A stretch of DNA of 64,000 bases from Phoronis australis (taxonomy: Eukaryota > Animalia > Phoronida). This document shows, piece after piece, positions 23,320 to 35,300 of the stretch. Positions within the stretch are counted from its first letter, which is position 1. Every line of letters begins with the position of its first letter. The stretch spans positions 308,229 through 372,228 of the forward strand of contig NMRA01000158.1 in assembly GCA_002633005.1 (NCBI GenBank). Reading direction: 5' to 3'. The notes beneath the pieces were generated by a model. That model made no database searches, had not been told where the DNA came from, and was given only the letters and a program-made list of their open reading frames with translations. The position numbers and the translations under genes were made by a program.

Positions 23320-26300
23320 GTTTGTATACTGAATAAGATGTAATCAGTGACTGTCCGTAGAGTGTATAGATGTGCAATCATGCATAACTAAGAATGTTAA
23401 TATACGTCAAAAAAAATTGTCCGATGTAACTTGAGAGGTCTTTAAACATGGTGATGTCTTTGCGTTTAAGTTCAATTTTAATGTCAGATCTCTGAATTAC
23501 AAATATTTCATAATTAGTTTGCAGAGACCTTGGTTTTTCAGGAGTTGGTGAAATCAGAATTCCATGGCGCTATTGTCGGTTTTGAATGGGGTGTGTCAGT
23601 AGTAGTCTAGTATATATACAATACTAGTAATTCTTGTGTAATTGGTTTTTAATATTTGAATTGCAGTTCATCATATTCGTTACCCAATACCAATCCTGGC
23701 CTCATTTATATTACAGTCGCAGCGGACACATTCACGTAGTAGTTTAGTCTTAAGTTTCTCAAGTTGTCACTGTTCTAGTAAATGCAGCAGAAGTATTGAA
23801 ATGACTTAGTTATTACTTTGAAATGACTTAGTTATTACTTTGAAAATTAGTAAAGTGGAATTTACTGATTTACAAAAGGGAAAAAAGAAATTCTAAGTTT
23901 ATGAAACTCATTGCTCTGTTTTTGAAAGCAGGAAAGCTGGGTCTCTATTTTATTTCGTCAAAGTCACCTTACGTTTATTCCTTTCAGGTGACTTGAATAC
24001 GTTTGCTTACATCAACTTCAACACAGACCGTCTTAATAAGTGTGAGTATGGATCTGACATTTAGTGAAGGGAACATTTAAGGTTAGTTGGGATCTTACTG
24101 ACGAATCTGCAGTCATGCAAATTTTTGCAAAACCACAAATTTTAGTCTGGCCAGTAAAAGTTTTTTTCTGAAACCTGAAAGGCTGGAGGTTTTTATTTTC
24201 CATGTGACCAGCTGCCATCAACTGGGTCGTGTGGTCATGTTTTTACGTGGCAAAAACAACAGTTTTAGTGCAATAATGGGATTTAATTTCATGAGGTGAT
24301 TATTCCGCCAAGATGAAATCTAAATAATTATACTGTTATGGATTTTGAATTACTGCTTCCTGACTGGTTAAGTGTGACATTGGCACTGTAAACCCTCATG
24401 ACTATAATCTTGGTAGGTAGTCAGATTACTTTATTTTGATTGGCAGGTATAAGTACATTCAACAACACCAAGTGGAAAGGCAAGACACTCAAGGTTCAGC
24501 TAGCGAAGGAAAATTTCCTGGATAGGTTAGTGAACTGTCACATAGTCCATTGTAATGTTTTAGGTGTTCAATAGGGAAATCATTTACTGAAAAGCAATGA
24601 GAGTCTGGTGAGTTGGACGTTTCTGCCCTCGCTCTAAGGGCCTTGTTCACTGACTGGGTTTTCTGCGTCATGCTGACATGGTTTTAGAATTAGGTTGCAC
24701 ACTGCTGGGAGTTGTAAGCCTTGATGTCTGTTCAAACTGGGGCACCTGTTTTTAATGTAGACGGCCTCCTTGATCTTCTTTGGAAAACCTATGCCATCGC
24801 ATTTCTGAAAGTACTGAATTTGTCCATAAGTTGCACCATTCCTTTATGCTTTATTGTTCTCAAAATGTGGTGGGGTATCAAGACATCCTGTTTGAGAATA
24901 TTTCCACTTTTTGATAGTGAGTTTTCATGGTTTGATCAAAATTTTGATTTACAGTATTCACTCTTACAAATACAGGACTGAAGTCTAAGGTCAATGTAAC
25001 AATCCACATAAATCTTATCCGGGGGACGTAGTTGGATTATTTCAGCAAGTATGCTTTGATAGATAACCTTCGATTGTTTTACTATTCAAGTCTTGGACAC
25101 TGTCAATGAAGCAAATAATTTGACACATTGGTCAGACACAAAGATACTGTGCTACAAGTGCACTGATCATTGGTAAAGCTCAAGTGATTTTTTGTAATCA
25201 GGGCTTGGAATTTTTCCGCGGAAACGCGGATTTCCGCTTTTTTCAAATGTGGTTTCCGCTTTTTTCATGATATTTCCGCGTAAAAAAATCGGATTTGATA
25301 TAAAATTTGCGCGGCAAATTCCTTTCTTACCGCGGCGTTGCAGACGACGTTCACCTCGAAAAGCGGAAGTTGCTCTTTATGTTTCGGTGGAACATAAATT
25401 GTCAACATTGCCGGGACATCTGGGACAGCGTGGTGGGATTTTCAATGGCGTCTTGTGTTATTGTTAAGCGCGGCGACAAATACTACCGCTCTGCAGCCAA
25501 AAATGTGTGGGTTTTGAGCGGACGGGCGAGCTAAAAGGACGCAGACGCATGCTACTGATGGTGGTAACGTTTTTTTTGTTAGTCCTCCCGATTTTTGTCG
25601 GGGAAAGGTTCATATTGACCATTTCAAGGCTGGTTATCGGGCATGATTTTGGCCGTAAAAGTTTCCGCGTTTTTTGTCATTGGTCGTTCCAAGCCCTGTG
25701 TAATTTAGCTGCTGATAAAATAAAATCTTGATCAAATGAAACACTAGGTTAATGGTTAACACGCCAGAAATGAATTGGAGCAGTCAAATGATTGTCTAAA
25801 TCGTTCAACTTTTGCAGTTGTTGTGCAAAGTGAGATGTTTGTTGTTGTGTTTACAACTGTCAAGCTGTTGCAGGTTGAAAACTGAGAGGTTGTCCGAGAG
25901 TACGGCTGTTGAGAAACAAGGGAATGAAGTGCTCAAAACAACAGATATATTACACAAAACATTTCAAGGAAAGCCAGGAACAGAGACTGGGGAAAAGGTA
26001 TGGCATGTTTATTGTAGATGTAGAAAACTTGCTGACAAAACTGGAAATTTGATTTTCTAAACAGATTGAAAGGAAATAGAATTTCTCTGTTTGTTGTACT
26101 CAGTATCCGCATTCAGTCACATGCATTTAAAAGCTTCACCTTCAGACCATTTTGCATTAGTGTCATCTAGTGTTCAGGCAACTAAGTGCTGCCACCTGTT
26201 GGTCTTGCTCATCAATGACTCACTTCTGTGTACATTAATCCAGCCTTACTGTCTTCTCCTGGTGGTCCTTTTTCAGAACTGGGTAGTGGACAAGTTTGGT

Positions 26301-29300
26301 AAGGCCGTACCTGTGGTTTACATAAGACGGAAAGACAAGCACAAGATATCCTTTCGAGTTTTATTTGAATTAAATTTTGAGATACTTGCATCCATCCAAT
26401 TGTTATTGACATCTAGTTAGTAAACTTTTGTCTCACCTTTTTTGTAATGCACTTCTGTTTAGTTAATTTATCTATTAAAAGTACATGTTGAGTGTCTATA
26501 ATCCTTCGTGCATGTTTGTGCAGTTTTGCTCGTGTTATACTCTCAATTTTATTGATATAGTTTCCTTAGCTTTCCTCACGTCATGAAAGTGGACCCAACA
26601 ACCATGACCAAAAGCAGGAAGCAGTTTACAGATTCTGTTTCGAAAGCAGACACTAGTGCCCTCACTTGGCAGCTTCCTGAAGCCGATGGCGTGGAAGCAC
26701 GCAAGAAGCGTGGCATCTTTCCTAGGATTAGGAAAAAGGCAAAGAGAAGTGCGGAAACTCCCGCAGTTACTGTGCAGCATGAAAGGAGTGATGGAGTTGG
26801 TGATGGTGCTGGTGCTGGTGATGGTGGCGGTGGCCAGGATGAGGATTTCCTGATAGTTCCGCTCAAATCTAATGCAGAGAATAAGGACTTGTTTACCCCT
26901 GTGGAGGAACGGTCACGTGACATAGATGGGTACGATTCAGCTGACTCAGCGGACACTGACGAGATATTAAGCCTGTATAACCAGAGAAAGGGTGCCCCTG
27001 AGTATACAGTTAATAGAGGAGTTGTGGGAAAAAACGGCGTTAGTAATGGAAGTGAAGAGAAAAGTCAAGTTAAAAAGTCAAAGAGAAAAGGAGAAAAAAG
27101 TGAGAAGATAACTTGTCGCGACAGTCGTGCAGCTGTACCTAATGACCCTGTTCCTAGTAATTCGGTACTGAGTGATCCTGTACTGAGTGACCCTGAGTTT
27201 GCCTTTCTGTTTGAGAGTGACAGTAGTGATGATGAAAAAAATATTGGTAAAAGTGAAAGGAAGGCTGCAAAGAAACCTGGTATTCCTGTATTCCAGGGAA
27301 CGAAAATGATCGAGGGTTTCTACACAGATCCTGTCAGTTCAGATTTCGTAATTCCTTCAGGTGAAAGGTCACCAGCGAGCAAGAAGGGAAGGGCTGGTAA
27401 ATACATGGGTATTGTGGGGCCAGAGCATGATGAACATGCTGGTAAATGTGACAAACAGACAGGACATAGTGCGACCTCTAGTGGTCCCAGTGTTGGAACA
27501 AGTGCACCTACAGTTGGTGGTGAGACATATAACTCCACTGGGAATAAGAAAAGTAAGGCAGAGCTGTCATTAATGCATGATACTGCAGATAATATAAAAC
27601 TTGAAAATGTCACTGAAAGGGGTTCGACTGAGGCAGGGAAAATGAAAAAGAAGAGTGAGGAAATTCCAAAACCCACAAAACAGCAGAAGAGGCTGTCCTC
27701 TGATCAGAAAAGACTGGAAACAATGAAAGAGAGGCTGCTGGAGAACAAGGCAAAGGTTGATGTAATCAAGAAGGCGCTATCTTCCGTGGTGAGTGGTGTA
27801 AGAGCGTTGTGGATTTTACTACGCAGCCAGAGACCAAAACTTCTCTATTGTCATTTTTGTCTTGAAAACACATTTACCAATTGTGTTTGGCGTGCGTCCA
27901 AGATGTGGCCAATTTGAAGACAAGTTCTGTGAGAGTTTATTCTCCAGACAACAAACACGACCTGACTCTCTTGTAGATATCTTACTTCTGATCAACCTAG
28001 TCATGTGACACTCTGAACAATAGGTTATGAAAATTACACCCATATATTACAATGTTACATTTTAACGTTTCTTTGGCAAATCTGCTTTGGTGACTGAACT
28101 AAACTCAATAGTTATAGTTCCATCAAACTGTTGAAGGCTGTGTTAGCCGTTTGTATACTGTCTGATTCTTGCCTGGTCTGTTACAGGACTCGGGCACTGC
28201 TTCAAACAAACGTGTTGTTTTTGACTCGTCGGATAGTGAGGAAGGTCTTGACCATTCCACATCTCTGGGGAACACTGCCCCAAGCAAGGTCAGTTGGTTT
28301 GAAGGATGACGTCTTTATGCAGCATATCTTTCATTGAATCTCTATTTGCGTAATGTGAATTTTGTACATGCGACGAGCAGAATTGTCACATCTCTCAGTC
28401 ATCTTAGCAGTTTTAGAAAAATGTTAGATTTTAGTTTTGTATCTTTTCAGCCAAAAATGATATTCAAAGATATCGCTGGGGATGGTAGCCCCCAGCTACT
28501 CACCTCAACAGTATAAAAACACGGATAAAAACTCGTAGGGATTGGGCATGAAATTAACATGATATTAACATAATTATATATTAACTAATGGCTTTCATAT
28601 GCTCCCACTGAATGGGATTGAATACTGTTGGGCTTAGCCACATCAAAATTGTTTGTAGCAACTTTTATTACTCAAGTAAAATTATATTACATTAAGATGA
28701 AGAATACATCCTTGCACTTTACTGTGTTATTGTCAGCCATTGCCAACAGGTATCGCCCTCTGTGTCAGACAATTGAAATTACTCGAGCCATTTCATTACT
28801 TATTTATAATACGTACGTGCAAGGTTTGGAGCGCTGTTTACTAAAAACGAGTAGTTAAATCAGAAGAGTATTCAACCCTTTCAGCCAAGTATCTCACTTT
28901 CAATTTTAGTTCATTTATTGTCACAATTAGCATTCAAAACGAAGAGATAAAGTTTTTTTCTGAACTTATAAATCAGGATTTCTTCTTTACACTAATCTGA
29001 TCAATAAATAATTAATTTTATTCCAAGAGCAAATGCTCTCGGCCTGTATTCAAAATTATAAAAAGGCAGTATACAAACACAACTGTAGTAAATTACTAGA
29101 CCTCCATGATATTTTGCCTTTCCCTGGCTGCACCTACTACAAACTTTGTTAAACACAATTCCACTGTAGGCCTCTATGATTGCATTTACATAAGTGTTGT
29201 ATTTGTTGTACTGCTTACACAATTCATTATACAACAGGCATTCTAATATTAAAATAATGTTCTGAAAAGATTTGATGGAACAAATCACAGCCTTTGGAAG

Positions 29301-32300
29301 TTACCGACCCTTATTACTAATAATATTAAAATACATTGTATGTAAATTTTGACAAAGGTTAAAGGTCATTTGTTCCCTCAATTCCATTATACTGCCATGT
29401 AACTGCTTCTTCCTTCTCACAGAAAAGTGATGTTGAGCAGAGGAAGAGTCTGGATTTGTTTGACAGTGGAGGAAGCAGTGAGGATGAACGGTCTGATGAT
29501 GAGGGAGAAAGATTTAGAATAAAGCCACAGTTTGAAGGAAAGCAGGGTCAGAGGGTGGGTATTGTCCTGTGATGATGTGTAGTAATGCAGGGCCAGAGGG
29601 TGGGTACTCCTTAATGAAGAAGGTGATGATGTGTAGTAATGCAGGGCCAGAGGGTGGGTACTCCTTAATGAAGAAGGTGATGATGTGTAATAATGCAGGC
29701 GGGCCAGTGATTTCACTGCAATGGGAGTTGGGCAATCACCTTATTTTCGCTTTTGGACGTTTTTCAGTTCACATGTGCATGATTTTGAAAGTACGTGTGT
29801 AAGTCATAGAGTTTACTAAGTACTGTATCGGGGGCATGTCCAGGATTTTTTGAAATGGGTCGCATCTAGGATTTTCTTAAAAAGGTGGGGTCCAAGTCAA
29901 GAATTTTAAAATTTTAGATTTGATATCACTAAAATCAAACAAAAAAGGGGGGTCCTGGCTCCCTTGACCTTCCTGAATCAGCCTATGTGCGTAAATACTG
30001 AGAATGATAACACTATTAATTTTGTTAGAATCAAATACAGTAGCATTGTTTCAGAAAATAATGACTTTCAAACGCAAGATTTTGCACATCAAGTAAGTAG
30101 GGTTGATAATGTCTCAAAAATCTTCAAGTGCTAACTTAGCCTCTAAAGACAGAAAAAACTTGGTTCTCTTAGCTAGTTTATTGTCCTGTGATTGCTTCAA
30201 ATGATGAGGAATTAATATTTAATCCACTGTATTCCAGTTAATGTCTCTCCAGTCAAGATTTCAAAATGACGAGAGGTTCAAGTTGACCGAGCAGTTCTTG
30301 GACTCGGAATCGGAAGGTATAAGAAGGTCACGACATTACAAGGCAGTGTTCATTGCTCACTTAATTAGAATGCATTAGTTGGACATTTCAAACGATACAG
30401 TTGGTGACTCTTTTTCATCTCTTTCTTTTAGTGAATGTAATATTAGATTCAGTAAATGTCTGTTAATTTTGAAAAGTCTGTGTAGTAGTTGCTGTCATGG
30501 TGAAGTTACTTTGTCTTTCCTGTTAATCAGTTTTGCTCCTTTTAATAAGGTGAAGCCGACCCCCCTGAGCCCTCCTCTCCAGATGCTGGTGCTCCAGGAA
30601 ATGATGACCCTGATGACCTTCAGGGTGAAAGATTGCGGTCTCTGGACATTTTAAAGAAGGTGGTTGGAGGGGATGTATCCAAGGTGAAGGCTAGGAAAGA
30701 CAAAACAGCCAGTCTGAGGTGGGTGTGTCAAGATGTAGACATGCCAAATGTTCCCTATTTATGAAAGGGTTCTGTCTTTCGATGAAAAATAGTTATCTGG
30801 TTTAAGTTTTTGAAAATCTATAATGTTTAATGTTGATCAAAATAAGTAAAGTATTGTATTTATTTCATAGGCCACCAATCTTTTGAAGCCATAAACTCAC
30901 AATTTTACTGACACTGGTCAATAAATAAAGATGCTGCAGAAATAACAAAAAATTATGCAATTGAGGTTTTATTGACAATACTTACTGAAGCTTGGGGTAG
31001 AAATTTCTAAAAAACAACATTAGATAACAAATCAGCTGATCATCTGTGTAATTTGAATCAAGTCAATTATTTTAGTAATTGAGGATGTTCCATTGACTTC
31101 CAGAGATATAAGTGTTGTGAGGTTTGATCCAACCAATGAGGAGCACCAGAAGATGGTGATACACAAAGAACCAGCGAAGAAGAAAGTCAAGTAAGGGCTG
31201 TTCCAGTAAAATCTGTATGGGAGGGGGGGAAGGCACCTTTTTTCGCACCCACCACCCATATTTTTCATTTATTTCTTCAGCCTACCACCCGTAATTTTTT
31301 ATAAGTTTGAAATGCAACCACCNAGTTTACTAAGTACTGTATCGGGGGCATGTCCAGGATTTTTTGAAATGGGTCGCATCTAGGATTTTCTTAAAAAGGT
31401 GGGGTCCAAGTCAAGAATTTTAAAATTTTAGATTTGATATCACTAAAATCAAACAAAAAAGGGGGGTCCTGGCTCCCTTGACCTTCCTGGATCAGCCTAT
31501 GTGTGTAAATACTGAGAATGAAAACACTCTTAATTTTGTTGTTAGAATCAAATACAGTAGCATTGTTTCAGAAAATAATGGCTTTCAAACGCAAGATTTT
31601 GCACGTCAAGTGAGTAGGGTTGATAATGTCTTAAAAATCTTCAAGTGCTAATTTAGCCTCTAAAGACAGAAAAAAATTGGTTCTCTTAGCTAGTTTATTG
31701 TCCTGCGATTGCTTCAAATGACGAGGAATTAATATTTAATCCACTGTATTCCAGTTAATGTCTCTCCAGTCAAGATTTCAAAATGACGAGAGGTTCAAGT
31801 TGACTGAGCAGTTCTTGGACTCGGAATCGGAAGGTATAAGAAGGTCACAACATTGCAAGGCAGTGTTCATTGCTCACTTTGTTAGAATGCATTAGTTGGA
31901 CATTTCAAACGATACAGTTGGTGGACTCTTTTTCATTTCCTTCGTTTATTAAATGTAATATTAGATTCAGTAAATGTCTGTTAGTTTTGAAAAGTCTGTG
32001 TGGTAGTTGCTGTCATTGTGAAGTTACTTTGTCTTTCTTGTTAATCAATTTTGCTCCTTTTAATAAGGCGAAGCCGACCCCCCTGAGCCCTCCTCTCTAG
32101 ATGCTGGTACTCCAGGAAATGATGACCCCGATGACCTTCAGGGTGAAAGGTTGCGGTCTCTGGACATTTTAAAGAAGGTGGTTGGAGGGGATGTGTCCAA
32201 GGTGAAGACTAGGAAAGACAAAACAGCCAGTCTGAGGTGGGTGTGTCAAGATGTAGACATGCCAAGTGTTCTCTATTCATGAAAAGGGTTCTGTCTTTCG

Positions 32301-35300
32301 ATGAAAAATAGTTATCTGGTTTAAGTTTTTGAAAATCTATATTTTGTTGTTCCATTCAGTTTATTGTATTTTAACATGTGTGGATGCAAGCAGTATTTGT
32401 TTAAATGCCAAACATGCAGCTTGTAAGTGTCTTGTCCTGCGAAGTGCAACTGATAGAGTGAGATTACCTTTTTAATGACATTCAACTGCCCCTTGAATGG
32501 AGTCTCGATGTATGCCTGACCTGGCACAAAATAACTTATTATAAATTCAATGTTAAATTTTCAGTATTTTCTAATCCAAGGACATGTCATTGAATACATG
32601 TTTGCAAATCAATTAGTTGTCACTTCTGTGGTTGCAGGAAGCATATCTAGTTTTAGCAGTACCAACAGTAGCAGTAACCATGGTGATGGATTACCTTGTT
32701 CACAGTGTACTATTCAACAAACACGTAATAAAGTTTTCCAAAGTCACTGCGATGACTTCCATATGGATTGCTGACATGTGCTGCCCTCTGTGCCATCAAC
32801 AGAAAAGAAACTGTTGGGCAACTAATATTAGAGATTAATGAATTATGATCTTGCTTTAAAGAGCACTGATTATTAATAATACTATTATAACTAAAAATTG
32901 TTTTAATTAACATTCTAATTTAGCATTGTTCTCAGCAATAGTATTAGATATCGTCAAGTAAAATTGCTAACCTTTAGTTATATTTTAATAGTAACTTATG
33001 GAAAATATAATCGGGTCTTGGGTGTGATTTTTGTTTTTCTATGACCCTGTTCTAAAACTAACAGGGGGGCGCTGATATCCATTTCCCAATGGGTTACTTT
33101 CATGTCGTACCAAGTTAGACAGTCAGCTGTTGTGTGGGGACTGCTGAACAGAGGTGGCCGTTAGCTATAAATTGCATGCATTCTTTAAACAATAGGCTCA
33201 CTAGGCGTGGGCACAAAAACAGTTAGAACTTATCATCTAGATATGTCTAAACCAATGTTTAATGTTGATCAAAATATTGAATAATTAAAAGTAATGTATT
33301 TATTTCATAGGCCACCAGCCTTTTGAAACCATAAACTCACAATTTTACAGACACTGGTCAATAAGTATAGATGCTGCAGAAATAACAAACAATATGCCAT
33401 TACTGTTTTATTGACAATATCATAACACTTATTGGAGCTAGGGACAGAAAATTCTAAAAAAACATTAGATAACAAACCAGCTGATCATCTTTGCGTAATT
33501 GGAGTCAAGTCAATTATTCTAGTTATTGAGACTGTTCTGTTGACTTCCAGAGATATAAGCGTCGTGAGGTTTGATCCAACCAATGAGGAGCACCAGAAGA
33601 TGGTGATACACAAAGAATCAGCGAAGAAGAAAGTCAAGTAAGTTTATTCAGCTGTCTCAGCTCTGTGCAGAGAGAAACAGGTGAACTCATTTTGATTCAT
33701 TCTTGCCTATGTCTTACAGAACCTACTGCATAGCAGTTGTATATTGTTCTATTAACTACACTGTACAGGTTCAATACCTGTACAGTGTAGATTACTTACA
33801 GTGAACGGCCAATCTGTACTGCTGACAATCTGGGGAACCAGCTTCAGCCAAACTGCAGATTTGACAGAATGAGTTCCCAGGCTTGGCAATGTGTTTGTAC
33901 AAGTGTCATCAGGGACACTATAACATAGAAAACTCACAAGACGGCACAAGTCAAGGGTGAATGTTTTTGACTGATACGACAATATCGTGTCTAAATGCCC
34001 ACCATGTGTTTGCTATTGTCAATAGTGAAGATAAATATTACATCAACTATGGGCTGTGTATTAATACGGAGGGAACACTACATATTAATTGTATATAAGG
34101 GTATGTGGCATATCAGTTGTATATCATGTCTAACTGTGTACCATGTGTTTGATGTGTGTGCAACTCAATTGTATTTCAGCTGTAAGACATGCTGTTTCTA
34201 AGCAATAACAAAGTTACTTAGTACTAGCAGAGACATCTATTGTCATAACTACATGCCAATTGTATTCCATACAATATAATACTGCGTATCTGTAACTGTA
34301 CTTTGCACGTCTCATGTATGTGATGTGCAACAAAACAGGAAGAAGGTCAAGACACCGGAGCCTGTGAAAGAACCTGAACCAGTACCTGAAGTGTCCACCG
34401 AGAAGTTCTTCGAAGTGGCTGCTCCTCTCAGCAGTTTATTTGGACAGGGTAACCCACACGTTAAGTTCTCCTTCTTGGGCAGTGACAGTGAAGATGATGT
34501 CGAAGAAAATGTTGCTGAGAAGGCGACCGGAAGTACGAGCAGTAGAGGTAACTCAATATATGATTTTTTGCACTCCAGCGCCCTCTGTGAATGATTTTGG
34601 ATATTACTTAATAATATGTTTCAAAAAATCGGGCACATGCTTTATCAGTTTTGAAAAATGTGTAACGTTGCCACTACAATATAATTGTATTTGCGTTCAG
34701 ATAGTCCAACCATGTTTTTGACGAAAATTATGAGTTTTATTTAAAGTACGTGATTTGAAAATTTTGCACATTCTGTCTGCAATCGCTTCAATGAATTATT
34801 ATATGCATTATGATGACAGAAATTTATTCTTCTCCTGTCAACCATAAAATCTTGTTGTTTTTAGTTGGGCCAGCACCAGATCAGCCCATGTCTTGGGAAC
34901 AGTCCTTTAAATGTGACAGTAGCAGTGATGAAGAGAGAGGAGAGGATTCTGGGTAATGGTCATTAAATGCAGTAAAAATCCAATGTCACGTGGTCGTAGG
35001 CACCAGTACAGTATTGGCAGATGTCAATGCAATATTCATAGTATTTGGATGTATTCTAATAAAACAACCTTAGAAAGATTGATGCTGTTACATTTGGTTT
35101 GAAGCATTTTAGATAAAACAACTTGTCAAGTAAGCAGTGGTAGAGCTTTTGAAAATTGCAGTGATTTATCAGTAAGCATGGTAATTTTATTACTGCATGT
35201 GCGTTGTTTAAACAAGGACTAAATCTCATCTTGTTGGAAGTCTCAGAGAAAAATTTCTTCTGCATTTTTCGAGTGATTATTTCATGCCTTATAGATAAAA

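Larger units (their letters stand above)
19093..23838. repeat. Near-identical duplication (A 19093-21141, B 21780-23838) including the NOL8 5' end; probable uncollapsed haplotypes
   Basis: Colinear copies with scattered SNPs and indels; single N at 21478 between them. Confidence 0.85.
29810..33641. repeat. Duplication of three NOL8 exons (A 29810-31194, B 31324-33641); probable uncollapsed haplotypes
   Basis: Colinear copies joined at the N at 31323; B has about 0.9 kb extra intron sequence (about 32341-33253). Confidence 0.85.

Noticed and set aside
26535-27676. Antisense ORFs over the large NOL8 exon
   Set aside because: Shadow frames of a low-complexity coding exon.
27789-27917. End of the 444 aa ORF as a real C-terminus
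   Set aside because: Read-through into the intron past the GTG|GTGAGT donor; NOL8 homology continues in downstream exons.
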